DNA of 64,000 nt from Candidatus Sulfopaludibacter sp. SbA3. GTDB taxonomy: Bacteria > Acidobacteriota > Terriglobia > 20CM-2-55-15. The DNA lies in the NCBI GenBank assembly GCA_945865815.1, contig CAMBFR010000009.1:689-64688 (forward strand). The letters run 5' to 3'. The notes under the pieces are model-generated. The model saw nothing but the letters and a program-made list of their open reading frames with translations. It ran no database searches and was not told where the DNA came from. Position 1 is the stretch's first letter. Each line of letters opens with the position of its first letter. A program made the position numbers and the translations under genes. Positions 1 to 9,827 of this stretch are shown in pieces.

Positions 1-1293
1 TCAACATTCGCGACCGAGGATGTACGCCGCACCGTCCTCGATAATGGTCTGGTCGTTCTTACCAGGGAACTTCATACCTGCCCTATCGTTACCAGCATGA
101 TCTGGTACCGGGTAGGCTCTCGAAACGAGCAAATCGGCCAGACCGGGAAATCGCACTTTCTCGAGCACATGCTCTTTAAGGGCACGGACCGTTTCAAGAA
201 AGGCGAGATTGATCTAATCACGCATAAGAATGGAGGCGGAAACAACGCGTTCACCTCGCACGACTTTACCGCCTACTACTTCAATTTTGCGTCAGATCGA
301 TGGGATATCGCGCTGGAGATTGAAGCGGATCGCATGGCCAACTGTTCTTTTGAGCCGGATGAGTTTGAAGCGGAAAAGAAGGTCGTCATCGAGGAACTGA
401 AGTCGAGTCTCGACTCACCCTGGGGGCTTCTGTTGCAGGACGTCGATGCGGCCGCCTACAAGATTCATCCTTACCGGAATCCCATCGTCGGATGGTTGCA
501 GGACGTTGAGCGGGCCTCGGCCAGCGAGCAGCAAGCCTACTATCGCAAGTACTACCACCCCAATAACGCCATCATGGTCCTGGCGGGGGACTTTGAGACG
601 GAGGACGTCCTGAAAAAGGTCTCGCGGGCGTTTGGCCGGATTCCCGCCGGACCCGAACCAAACCCCATGACTCTCGAAGAGACTCTGCAGCGGGGCGAAC
701 GCCGGCTGGTCGTGCGATGGCGATCGAAGGTGCCCCGAATCGCGATTGCTTATCATGCGCCGCAGGTGGCTCACGAGGACAGCTATCCGCTCCAGATGCT
801 TGGCGTTCTTCTGGGCGAGGGAAAGTCTTCAAGGCTGTATCAACGAATGGTCGAGCGCGATCGCTCCGTTACGTTCGTGTCGGCGGAGTATGGCGAGTCA
901 CAGGATCCCACTCTATTTCACATTCGCGCGGAAGCGCGTGGAATGCATTCGACCGATGAAATCGAGGCCAGTGTCTACGACGAGCTCGAGCGCATCGCGG
1001 AGGAAGGCGTAACCGCGCATGAACTCGATCGCGCAAAGCACCAGGTGGAAGCTCACTTCATTCTCTCGCGTGAGCGGACCCAGGATCAGGCCATGCTTCT
1101 CGGGCAGATCGAAACGATCGCGAACCTCGATTACATCCAGACTTATCTGCAGAAAATCTCCGCGGTGACTTCCGAGGACGTTGCGGATGTCTGCCAACGC
1201 TATATGAATGAGGACAACCGCACGGTGGGCCGCCTCGTCAGCGATGGAAGCGATGGATCGGAATCCGACACGGAGGACGATGAAGCCGACTGA
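1..1293 (+). CDS. M16 family zinc metallopeptidase, catalytic subunit (5'-truncated by window edge)
   Basis: Frame is open from base 1 (STFATEDVRRTVLDNGLVVL...). Inverted zinc motif HFLEH (HxxEH), NAFTS motif and insulinase-like C-terminal half. Confidence 0.93.
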   Translation, partial: STFATEDVRRTVLDNGLVVLTRELHTCPIVTSMIWYRVGSRNEQIGQTGKSHFLEHMLFKGTDRFKKGEIDLITHKNGGGNNAFTSHDFTAYYFNFASDRWDIALEIEADRMANCSFEPDEFEAEKKVVIEELKSSLDSPWGLLLQDVDAAAYKIHPYRNPIVGWLQDVERASASEQQAYYRKYYHPNNAIMVLAGDFETEDVLKKVSRAFGRIPAGPEPNPMTLEETLQRGERRLVVRWRSKVPRIAIAYHAPQVAHEDSYPLQMLGVLLGEGKSSRLYQRMVERDRSVTFVSAEYGESQDPTLFHIRAEARGMHSTDEIEASVYDELERIAEEGVTAHELDRAKHQVEAHFILSRERTQDQAMLLGQIETIANLDYIQTYLQKISAVTSEDVADVCQRYMNEDNRTVGRLVSDGSDGSESDTEDDEAD

Positions 1294-2587
1294 ACTTGGT
1301 CTGCGCCGCCTTTTTGAAGTCCGGCGTGAAGTCCTCGGCAATGGCCTGAAGGTGCTGATGGTCGAGAACCCGACGCAGCCCACCGTCTCCATGACTTCCA
1401 GCATTCTCGCCGGAGCGCGGTTCGAGCCGGAGGACAAGGCCGGACAGGCGCTCATGGTAAGCCGCCTCCTGGACGAAGGCACGGCCAGCAGAACCTCACT
1501 TGAAATTGCAGATGCAATCGAATCGGTTGGCGGCGCGATCGACACGGACGGGTCGTTCGAACGCATCGTGGCGTCCGCGGGGGTATTGAACAAAGACGTC
1601 GACCTGGCCCTCGAACTGCTTTCGGATTTGCTGATTCGGCCGGTATTTCCCGAAGAGTTCGTTGTCAAAGAAAAGGAACGGACGCTGGCTGAAATCACAA
1701 GCGCCAAGGATCGCCCGCAGATTGTCGCAAGCTGGGCGTTCAACGAGCTGGTCTACCAGGACCACCCGCTGCATCGCCCCACCCACGGCTATCCCGAAAC
1801 CGTGGCGAAGCTCACCCGCGAAGATCTACTCGCTTTCCACGAGGCCTACTTCGCCCCGACCGACGCGATTCTTTCGATCGTCGGCGACTTTCGCGCGTCC
1901 GAGTTGATGCCGAAGATTGAAAAATATTTCGGCGGCTGGCCTGGAAAGTCGGTTACGCCTCCTGTTTATGCGAAGCCGGTGCGGCAGACTGAAAAACGGG
2001 TGAAGTACATCAACATGCCGGCCCAGCAATTGAACATCTATCTCGGACACCTGGGCGTAGAGCGGACGAATCCCGACTATTACATCCTGCAGGTTCTCGA
2101 CACCATCCTCGGTGGCGGCGCGGGTTTCACGGCCCGAATACCGATGAAGCTGCGCGATGAGCTGGGCCTGGCCTACACCACGTTCGCAAGCATCACGATG
2201 ACGGCCGGCCTCGATCCCGGAAAGTTCGTTTCTTTCATCAGCACATCGCCGGAGAACATGAACCTGGCGGTCGAAGGCCTGCTGAGGGAAATCCGGAGGA
2301 TCATCGAGGAGCCTGTCACCAGGTCGGAGTTGCAGGATGCGATGGACTATTTGACGGGAAGTTTCGTTTTTGCCTTCGAGTCCAATTCTCAGATCGCGCG
2401 CTTCCTGCTGCATGCCGAGGTATATGGTCTCGGCTTCGATTACGCCGAGAAGTATCCGCGGCACATTCGGAGCGTTACCATTGAAGATGTGGCCAGGGTT
2501 GCAAGAAAGTACCTGGACAACAACAACTACACGCTGGTCGTCGTCGGCCCGGTCGATGAAAATGGAAACACGCTGAATGGAAAGTAG
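1280..2587 (+). CDS. M16 family peptidase, non-catalytic partner subunit
   Basis: ATG at 1280 follows GGAGG. LGNGLKV start; HxxEH replaced by LMVSRLLDEG; C-terminal 'LRDELGLAY' substrate-binding R/Y motif. Confidence 0.88.
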   Translation: MKPTELGLRRLFEVRREVLGNGLKVLMVENPTQPTVSMTSSILAGARFEPEDKAGQALMVSRLLDEGTASRTSLEIADAIESVGGAIDTDGSFERIVASAGVLNKDVDLALELLSDLLIRPVFPEEFVVKEKERTLAEITSAKDRPQIVASWAFNELVYQDHPLHRPTHGYPETVAKLTREDLLAFHEAYFAPTDAILSIVGDFRASELMPKIEKYFGGWPGKSVTPPVYAKPVRQTEKRVKYINMPAQQLNIYLGHLGVERTNPDYYILQVLDTILGGGAGFTARIPMKLRDELGLAYTTFASITMTAGLDPGKFVSFISTSPENMNLAVEGLLREIRRIIEEPVTRSELQDAMDYLTGSFVFAFESNSQIARFLLHAEVYGLGFDYAEKYPRHIRSVTIEDVARVARKYLDNNNYTLVVVGPVDENGNTLNGK

Positions 2588-4010
2588 ATCGATTTTCTTT
2601 GAGAAGTACAACATCACGAACCGCGACCTCGAAGCCTGTCTTTCAGAGGCGCTCTCGCGGGGGGGAGACTACGCGGATCTGTTTTTCGAATACCGCGTCA
2701 ATTACATGATCGCGCTCGAGGAGCAGATCATTAAGACGGCGACCAAGGGCGTCAACATGGGTGTCGGCATCCGGGTGATCTCGGGTGAGAAGACCGGATA
2801 CGCGTATTCGGACGACCTGAACCGGGAAAGCATTCTTAAGGCGGCGCGCACGGCGGCATTCATCGCGAACTCGAGCGCGCAGGGCGGCAAAGCCGGGCTG
2901 GGCTCGTCTGTGAATCGGGAGCAAAACTTCTATTCCGTTCGCAACCTCGCGACGGACCTGGAAATCGCCCAGAAAATCAGCCTGTTGTTCGAAGCCGACC
3001 GCGCGGCCCGCGCCCACGATTCGCGGATAAAGCAAGTCCAGGCCAGCTACGCCGATGAAACAAAACACGTATTGCTTGCTGCATCTGACGGGCGATGCGT
3101 ATGGGACGTTCAGCCGCTTGTGCGTTTAAACGTCTCCTGCATTGCCGAAGAAAACGGGCAGCGGCAGCCGGGCTATGCCGGGGGCGGCGGAAGACGTTCA
3201 CTGGATATCTTCCAGGGGGATCTGGATCCCAGGACAATCGCCACCAGCAGCGCCGCCCAGGCGATTCTTCAGTTGGGCGCCGTCGATGCTCCGGCAGGGC
3301 CGATGGAAGTGGTGCTGGGCCCCGGATGGCCGGGAATTCTGCTGCACGAAGCCATTGGCCACGGCCTCGAGGCGGACTTCAATCGAAAGAAGACTTCTGC
3401 TTTTGCGGGATTGGTCGGACAGAAGGTCGCGTCGGAGTTATGCACGGTGGTCGATGACGGAACGATTCCCTTCCGCCGCGGCTCCCTGAATATGGACGAC
3501 GAAGGCAACCCCACACACAACACCGTCCTCATCGAAAAAGGCGTCTTGCAGGGGTACCTGCAGGACAAGTTGAGCTCCGGCCTGATGAAAGCGCCGCTCA
3601 CCGGCAACGGACGCCGCCAAAGCTATTCCCACATTCCGATTCCGCGCATGACGAATACGTTCATGATGTCGGGCGAGTCCGTTCCCGAAGACATCATCAA
3701 GACAGTGAAGAAGGGACTTTATGCCGTGAATTTCGGAGGCGGCCAGGTGGATATTACCAGCGGCAAGTTTGTTTTCAGCACCAGCGAAGCCTACCTCATC
3801 GAAGATGGGCGGATCACCTCACCCGTAAAAGGCGCAACCCTGATCGGCGACGGTCCCACGGTGCTCCGCCGGGTAACCATGGTTGGCAACGACCTGCAGC
3901 TCGACCAGGGCGTCGGTATCTGCGGTAAGGAAGGACAGATGATTCCGGTCGGCGTCGGCATGCCCACAATCAAAATCCAGGAAATCACGGTCGGCGGAAC
4001 CGAAAAATAG
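2577..4010 (+). CDS. tldD: Metalloprotease TldD
   Basis: LLHEAIGHGLEADFNRK (HExxxH), GNGRRQSY, PRMTNT, GGGQVDITSGKF, and a C-terminal Cys in CGKEGQ. Confidence 0.95.
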   Translation: MESRSIFFEKYNITNRDLEACLSEALSRGGDYADLFFEYRVNYMIALEEQIIKTATKGVNMGVGIRVISGEKTGYAYSDDLNRESILKAARTAAFIANSSAQGGKAGLGSSVNREQNFYSVRNLATDLEIAQKISLLFEADRAARAHDSRIKQVQASYADETKHVLLAASDGRCVWDVQPLVRLNVSCIAEENGQRQPGYAGGGGRRSLDIFQGDLDPRTIATSSAAQAILQLGAVDAPAGPMEVVLGPGWPGILLHEAIGHGLEADFNRKKTSAFAGLVGQKVASELCTVVDDGTIPFRRGSLNMDDEGNPTHNTVLIEKGVLQGYLQDKLSSGLMKAPLTGNGRRQSYSHIPIPRMTNTFMMSGESVPEDIIKTVKKGLYAVNFGGGQVDITSGKFVFSTSEAYLIEDGRITSPVKGATLIGDGPTVLRRVTMVGNDLQLDQGVGICGKEGQMIPVGVGMPTIKIQEITVGGTEK

Positions 4011-4012
4011 AA

Positions 4013-5362
4013 GTGATGAACGATTTGAAGCAGCGAGCGGAAGAAGTGGTTCGCCTGGCGAAAAGCGATGGCGCCAGCGCCGCCGACGTAATGATTCGCG
4101 AAGAGGATACGTTTTCGGTCACCGTTCGAATGGGCGAGGTCGAGACGCTCAAAGAGGCGATTTCGCGAGGCCTGCTGCTTCGCGTCTTCGTTGGAAAACG
4201 CACGGCAACCTCGAATACGTCCGACCTCTCGGAATCCACAATCACAAGCCTCGTCCGGGAAACCGTTGAGATGGCGAAGCTCACTTCGGAAGACCAGAGT
4301 GGCGGGCTTCCGGATCCGTCGCTGTTTGAGGCCAATTTTCCCGATCTGGATCTCGTCGACGAGGGATGGGAAACCATCACGCCTGAACAGCGAATCGACC
4401 TCGCAAAGCGCGCGGAGTCCGCGGCATTGTCGGCGAACAAAGCCATCGTCAACTCCGAAGGCGGAAATTTCGACTACGCGCGCTCAAAGACGGTTCTCGC
4501 CAACACCCTGGGTTTCACGGGCGCATATGAAGGCACAGTTTCGTCGTTATCCGTTTCGCCGATTGCGCAGGACGCCGCTGGCATGCAGCGGGATTTCTGG
4601 TTTGGCGTGGCCCGTCACCGATCCCAGTTGCCGCCGCCCGAGGAGATCGGCAGGAAAGCGGCCGAACGCACGCTGCGCCGGCTTGGGGCGCGCAGGGTTG
4701 CGACCTGCGAAGTGCCGATCATCTTCGATCCGGTAACCGCCCGCTCGTTTGTGGGCGACGTATTCAGCGCGGTTGCAGGCGATGCGATCTACCGTCGAAG
4801 CTCGTACCTCGTGGATCAACTCGGCAAGACCGTCGCGTCGCCCGAAGTAACGATCGTGGACGATGCGCGGCTTTCGCGCGGGCTCGGCTCCGCCCCGTTC
4901 GACGATGAAGGGGTTTCCACGCGCGCCAATTCGATCATCGAAAATGGTGTGCTGCAGAACTATCTCCACAGTACCTACAGCGCGCGAAAGCTCAACGCCC
5001 GGCCCACGGGCAACGGACAGAGAGTTGCTTCGGGATCGGTTGTCATTGGCCCGACAAATTTCTGCCTCAAGCCAGGCCAGGCCAGTCCGGAAGACATCAT
5101 TGCGTCCACCAGGACCGGGCTCTATGTGATCGAGTTGATCGGCTCGGGCGTGAATCACGTTTCAGGCGATTACTCGCGGGGCGCGGTTGGAATCTGGATT
5201 GAGAACGGCAAGTTGGTTTACCCTGTGCACGAGATCACGATTGCCGGAAACCTGCGCGAGATGCTCAAGGATGTGGAAGCGGTCGGCAATGACCTGACAT
5301 TCTTTGGGTCCATTGCAGCCCCGACCGTGAAGATTCGTAAAATGGTGGTCAGCGGAGAGTAG
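4013..5362 (+). CDS. pmbA: TldD/PmbA family protein (PmbA/TldE)
   Basis: Directly follows tldD. PFDDEGV, GDYSRGA and EITIAGNL motifs; no HExxxH. Confidence 0.92.
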   Translation: MMNDLKQRAEEVVRLAKSDGASAADVMIREEDTFSVTVRMGEVETLKEAISRGLLLRVFVGKRTATSNTSDLSESTITSLVRETVEMAKLTSEDQSGGLPDPSLFEANFPDLDLVDEGWETITPEQRIDLAKRAESAALSANKAIVNSEGGNFDYARSKTVLANTLGFTGAYEGTVSSLSVSPIAQDAAGMQRDFWFGVARHRSQLPPPEEIGRKAAERTLRRLGARRVATCEVPIIFDPVTARSFVGDVFSAVAGDAIYRRSSYLVDQLGKTVASPEVTIVDDARLSRGLGSAPFDDEGVSTRANSIIENGVLQNYLHSTYSARKLNARPTGNGQRVASGSVVIGPTNFCLKPGQASPEDIIASTRTGLYVIELIGSGVNHVSGDYSRGAVGIWIENGKLVYPVHEITIAGNLREMLKDVEAVGNDLTFFGSIAAPTVKIRKMVVSGE

Positions 5363-5371
5363 AGGGTTCAT

Positions 5372-5824
5372 ATGGGCGAACGGCGTTCGGCCATTATCAT
5401 CGGTATCAGCGTTGTACTGGCCGTGGGAATGGTCCTGGCCTGGACACTCTCGCCACCGGCCAATGATCGGGACTCGCAGCCGCTGACGGAGGTGACCGAC
5501 ACATCGGCCATCCAAAGTCTCGTCCGGCTTTCGCGCGTTTCCATCGCAACAAGCGAAAACTACGTGGGCCACCGCCTCCGGCTCGTCACAGCCCAGTTGA
5601 TGAACATCTCCACCGACAAGCCCATCCGCATGATCGAAGTGAAGATGACCTTCACCGACTTCGAGGGTAAGTCCATCCACGAGTACACCGGCACGGCCTT
5701 TGAACCCCGGCGCCGCCCGCTGGATCCCGGCACCGAATTTCGATTCAACTTCAGTTTTGAAAACCTGCCCCGAGAGTGGAACTACCGGATACCGATTGCA
5801 GAAGTGACGAAGGTCGGGTACTGA
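5372..5824 (+). CDS. Hypothetical membrane-anchored protein with a predicted beta-rich extracytoplasmic domain
   Basis: GAGGG RBS, N-terminal hydrophobic helix, 9 nt after pmbA on the same strand. Confidence 0.7.
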   Translation: MGERRSAIIIGISVVLAVGMVLAWTLSPPANDRDSQPLTEVTDTSAIQSLVRLSRVSIATSENYVGHRLRLVTAQLMNISTDKPIRMIEVKMTFTDFEGKSIHEYTGTAFEPRRRPLDPGTEFRFNFSFENLPREWNYRIPIAEVTKVGY

Positions 5825-5838
5825 AACGCGTTTGTTTC

Positions 5839-6279
5839 TTATTCTCCGTCCACTGCGGACTCGCTGCGGCGTTTCAGACCCGCCGCTTCGATCTTCAGAT
5901 AGCGGTTATTCAGTTCAGCGGTCAGTCTTGCAACCAGCGGACCGAGAAACCCTCCGAACTGCAACGACAGCGTAACGCGCGTACCACCTTCGATCGGTTC
6001 GACGAAGTGATTGCCGGCAACGCGAACTCCCGGTCCTGTGTTGATCCAGGTAAAACCGCGGCCTGGCTCAATAGCGGTCACTTTCCAGATCGCCGGCAGC
6101 AGCTTGGGCTGGCGGATTTTCGCCCGGGTTCCCACTTTCAGTGGCCCGGGCTCCAGTTGCTCGATGCCGGTCACCGAGGACGTCCACTCCGGCCACCTCT
6201 CGATATCGGTCATGATGGCGAATACCCGTTCTGGGGGCGCGGCAACGTCCACGGTGACTCTGAAGTCTCTTAGTGCCAT
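5839..6279 (-). CDS. SRPBCC (polyketide cyclase/dehydrase-like) family protein
   Basis: 'VDVAAPPERVFAIMTDIERWPEW' N-terminus and C-terminal 'LKRRSE' helix are typical of SRPBCC proteins. Confidence 0.85.
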   Translation of the reverse strand: MALRDFRVTVDVAAPPERVFAIMTDIERWPEWTSSVTGIEQLEPGPLKVGTRAKIRQPKLLPAIWKVTAIEPGRGFTWINTGPGVRVAGNHFVEPIEGGTRVTLSLQFGGFLGPLVARLTAELNNRYLKIEAAGLKRRSESAVDGE

Positions 6280-6381
6280 GGCGATCTATTCTATCTGAAG
6301 GATTGCGGGTCTTACCGGCCTCATATGCAAGGGGCGGACGTGCGCCCCAACTTCATGTACAGTTCTTGAGAGAGGTGCGGA

Positions 6382-6768
6382 ATGCGAAAGGTAATTTTCG
6401 GTGTTGCCCTTGGAATCGCGTCGACGTTGATGGCTCAACGCGGAGCAGTGACCTTTCCAGATGCCGTTACTGCGGATCCCAACCACTACTCGGTATCGTT
6501 TGAAAATGAACTGGTGCGCCTCGTCCGAGTCCGGTACGGTCCCGGCGAGAGATCGGTCATGCACCGGCATCCGGCCAGTTGCGCCATTTTTCTTACCGAC
6601 CAGACCTTTGACTTCACCCTGCCTGATGGGACGACCGAACCCGCTGCGGTCCCGGCCGGCGCACTCGGTTGCAGCGATGCTAACGTTCATCTTCCTCAGA
6701 ACATCGAACGCGAGGCGGCGGAAATGGTCATGGTCGAGTTCAAGAATCGCGAGAGATTCAGCGAGTAG
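6382..6768 (+). CDS. Secreted cupin-fold protein
   Basis: GAGGTG RBS, signal peptide, 'FENELVRLVRVRYGPGERSVMHRHP' cupin motif 1 and H-x-P-x-N motif 2. Confidence 0.8.
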   Translation: MRKVIFGVALGIASTLMAQRGAVTFPDAVTADPNHYSVSFENELVRLVRVRYGPGERSVMHRHPASCAIFLTDQTFDFTLPDGTTEPAAVPAGALGCSDANVHLPQNIEREAAEMVMVEFKNRERFSE

Positions 6769-6771
6769 GCA

Positions 6772-6881
6772 AGCCGGATTTCTCACGGGACTTGAGGCGA
6801 CCTGGAGGCAAGTGCCTCTCCCGGAGGGAGAGGGACCACCACCGCTGAGTGTTACCCAATGAGTCCTTGAGAAATGCGGCT
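6772..6881. repeat. MITE-like element with about 20-bp imperfect terminal inverted repeats and an internal hairpin
   Basis: gccggatttctcacgggactt (from 6773) pairs with gagtccttgagaaatgcggc (6861-6880). Internal cctctccc-gga-gggagagg hairpin. Confidence 0.5.
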
Positions 6882-7626
6882 ATCGGCCCAAGGACAGGCG
6901 TTCAATAAGGTAGGGCGGCAGGTCCGCGTCGCGCATCTTGGCCTGCGTCACTTCGACTGGATACTCCACGCGATAAAACTCCGCGCGGCCGTGTTCCTCG
7001 TCCCAGATGACGAAGCTGGCGCGCGGGTCGCCGTCTCGGGGCTGGCCGACGGAGCCGGGGTTTACGAAGAACTTGCTCTTTCCATCGCATCGCACGGCGG
7101 TGTATTCATCGAACTCATAGGCGGGGGCGTTCACCGAACGGCGGGCGCTATCCAGGGTAAAAACAACGGGGAAGTGGCTATGGCCGAAGAACGTGATTCG
7201 CTTTCCGGCAAGCGGAAAATTTTCGTCGGCGTCGGCCTGCGTGAAGATGTAGTGGTCTTCGTGGGTGACGGCGCCATGCACGAGCTGCGCTTCCGTGCCG
7301 ATATCCATTGGACCGAGCGGCAGGCTCGTCAAGTACTCGCGATACTCGTCTGAAAGCACCGAACGGGTCCAGTACACGGCTTTCCTGGCGTGAGCGTTGA
7401 ACTGGTCCGGTTCGTCGATTCCCGCGGCAACCCGATCGTGATTTCCCCGAATCGTCCGGGCATTCAGGCTTCGAAGAAGGTCGATGGCTTCCTTCGGATT
7501 CGGCCCATAACCCACGATGTCGCCGCAGCACAAAACAGCATCGTAACCCGCTTGTTTTGCCCGCTCTATGCAGGATTGGAAGGCTTCAATGTTGGAATGG
7601 ATGTCACTCAGGACGAAGTAGCGCAT
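6880..7626 (-). CDS. Calcineurin-like metallophosphoesterase
   Basis: SDIHSN, GDIVGYG, RGNHD, FGHSH and NPGSVGQPRDG motifs. Confidence 0.93.
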   Translation of the reverse strand: MRYFVLSDIHSNIEAFQSCIERAKQAGYDAVLCCGDIVGYGPNPKEAIDLLRSLNARTIRGNHDRVAAGIDEPDQFNAHARKAVYWTRSVLSDEYREYLTSLPLGPMDIGTEAQLVHGAVTHEDHYIFTQADADENFPLAGKRITFFGHSHFPVVFTLDSARRSVNAPAYEFDEYTAVRCDGKSKFFVNPGSVGQPRDGDPRASFVIWDEEHGRAEFYRVEYPVEVTQAKMRDADLPPYLIERLSLGR

Positions 7627-7643
7627 GGTGTATGATGTTTTTC

Positions 7644-8333
7644 ATGCGACTCCGTCAGATTGCGACTTTTTCCGTCGTGCTCGCCCTTCTGACCGCTGTC
7701 GCCGCTGGCCTTTCCGTGATTGATGATGGTCAGCCCTCGAGAACATCCGCGATTTCCGCCATGATATCACGCTTCTTCGCTGTGCTTCTCTTTGGAGGGT
7801 TCGGACTCGCAGTCGCGCGGCAGAGCCAGATGAAAGGATCGTTATTCCTGACCTCGGAAGAGTGGAGACTCACGCTGCGCGATCTACTCAACTTTGGCGT
7901 GCTTCCCGGCCTGGTTCTGGGGCTCATCAACTATCTGTTTTTTTTTGCATACCGCTATAGTCCCTTTGTAGAGCCTCGAATCCGGGACATGAACAGCATT
8001 TACGACTCTTTCATCATCTCGCTCGACAGCGGTTTGTTCGAGGAAGTCATTTTCCGGCTCTTCATCATGTCGTGCTTCCTGTTTTCATTTCGCCACCTGT
8101 ACGCGAAGCTTCCGTTCGTGTGGCCGGCCCTGGTTGCCGTGATCCCGGTTGCGCTTTCCCTGGTTCTGTCTTCCCTGCTCTTCGCCATGGTCCACAACGT
8201 GTATGGCTTCACAGCAGCCTTTTTCGGAGGCGTGCTGCTCGGCCTGATCTACCTGCGAAGCGGGATCGAAAGCGCCATCGCGGCGCATTTTTTCGCGAAC
8301 TTTTTCTTTTTCAGCGCTTCGTATCTATCCTGA
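7644..8333 (+). CDS. CPBP (CAAX/Abi) family intramembrane metalloprotease
   Basis: Multi-TM protein with FEEVIFR, FAMVH and AHFFAN motifs. Start 7644 chosen because TATGAT lies 7 nt upstream. Confidence 0.85.
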   Translation: MRLRQIATFSVVLALLTAVAAGLSVIDDGQPSRTSAISAMISRFFAVLLFGGFGLAVARQSQMKGSLFLTSEEWRLTLRDLLNFGVLPGLVLGLINYLFFFAYRYSPFVEPRIRDMNSIYDSFIISLDSGLFEEVIFRLFIMSCFLFSFRHLYAKLPFVWPALVAVIPVALSLVLSSLLFAMVHNVYGFTAAFFGGVLLGLIYLRSGIESAIAAHFFANFFFFSASYLS

Positions 8334-8344
8334 GACATCTACAA

Positions 8345-9823
8345 ATGAATTCAAATCATCCGGAAAATACTCACACGTTAGGATCTATTCAATGTCGGTC
8401 CCGCAGTGTGAAGGACGAGATGCGTGAGAACCTGATCCGCAAGCTGCAGGCAAAGGAGCCGATCTTTCCGGGGATCATCGGCTACGAAGAGAGTGTCGTT
8501 CCCCAGATCGTGAACGCGATCTTGTCGCGTCACAACATGATCCTTCTCGGGTTGCGTGGTCAGGCCAAGAGCCGGATCCTGCGCGGCCTGATCGATTTCC
8601 TGGACGAAACGATCCCCGTCGTCGCCGGATGCGAGATCAACGACAACCCTTTCGCTCCGATCTGCCGTCCCTGCCGCGATCTCATCGCCGAAATGGGGCC
8701 CGGGACGCCCGTCGAGTTCCGGCCGCGAGACGCCCGCTATGTCGAGAAGCTTGCGACGCCCGACGTGACGATCGCGGACATCATTGGAGACATCGATCCC
8801 ATCAAGGCCGCCAGGGGCGGACACGCGATCGGCAGCGAGATGAGCGTTCACTATGGTTTGCTTCCGAGAGCAAATCGCGGAATCTTCGCCATCAACGAAC
8901 TGCCGGACCTTGCCGGAAAGATCCAGGTGGGGCTTTTCAACATCATGCAGGAAGGCGACGTGCAAATTAAGGGCTACCCGGTGCGGCTGCCTTTGGATGT
9001 CGTTCTGGTGTTTTCCGCAAATCCGGAGGATTACACGGCGCGCGGAAAGATCGTGACGCCGCTGAAAGACCGGATCGGTTCGGAGATCAAGACGCACTAT
9101 CCCGTCAGCATCGAACACGGCGTCGCAATTACCGATCAGGAGGCCTGGCTCGAAAGAGATTCGGGAGTGAACATCCAGGTGCCGCAGTTCATAAAGGAAG
9201 TGGTCGAGGCAATCGCGTTCCGGGCGCGCGCCGACCAGCGCGTGGACAAGAGATCGGGCGTCAGCCAGCGCCTGCCGATTTCCTGCCTCGAGAACGCGGT
9301 GAGCAATGCGGAGCGGCGCTCGATCACGACCGGCGACACGGAGACCGTCGTGCGCATCACGGACGTCTACGCCGCTCTTACGGCGATTACGGGCAAGATC
9401 GAATTGGAATATGAGGGGGAACTGAAGGGCGCCGAAACCGTTGCGCGCGACCTGATCCGGCAGGCGGTGCAGACCGTGTTCCGCCAGTATTTCTCCGGCG
9501 CGGACTTCAAGCCCGTGGTGGACTGGTTCGAGATGGGCGGCAACGTGAAGTTCTCGGATGACGAGACCGCTTCAAGCATCCTGCATCACATGGAGCAGGT
9601 GCCCGGATTGCTCGACAGCGCCGGTACGCTCGCCGCATCGCGCGAAAGCTCGCGAGGACTGAGGGCTTCCGCGGCCGAGTTCATTCTCGAAGGCCTGCAC
9701 TCCATGGATAAGATCAGCCGATCTGAAGAACGCGGGTTCGCCGCGCATGAGCGCAAACCGGCACAGGATCTCTATCGCGATTACACGACGGACAGAAGTC
9801 GACATAAGAAGCCGCTGAACTAG
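8345..9823 (+). CDS. Magnesium-chelatase/MoxR-like AAA+ ATPase
   Basis: Walker A-like GLRGQAKS, Walker B-like [24 protein letters not shown]. Sits immediately upstream of a VWA gene. Confidence 0.88.
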   Translation: MNSNHPENTHTLGSIQCRSRSVKDEMRENLIRKLQAKEPIFPGIIGYEESVVPQIVNAILSRHNMILLGLRGQAKSRILRGLIDFLDETIPVVAGCEINDNPFAPICRPCRDLIAEMGPGTPVEFRPRDARYVEKLATPDVTIADIIGDIDPIKAARGGHAIGSEMSVHYGLLPRANRGIFAINELPDLAGKIQVGLFNIMQEGDVQIKGYPVRLPLDVVLVFSANPEDYTARGKIVTPLKDRIGSEIKTHYPVSIEHGVAITDQEAWLERDSGVNIQVPQFIKEVVEAIAFRARADQRVDKRSGVSQRLPISCLENAVSNAERRSITTGDTETVVRITDVYAALTAITGKIELEYEGELKGAETVARDLIRQAVQTVFRQYFSGADFKPVVDWFEMGGNVKFSDDETASSILHHMEQVPGLLDSAGTLAASRESSRGLRASAAEFILEGLHSMDKISRSEERGFAAHERKPAQDLYRDYTTDRSRHKKPLN

Positions 9824-9827
9824 ATTC

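Noticed and set aside
8072..8344. N-terminal extension of the AAA+ ORF in the ORF track
   Set aside because: It overlaps the CAAX protease gene. The ATG at 8345, just after that gene's stop, is the plausible start.
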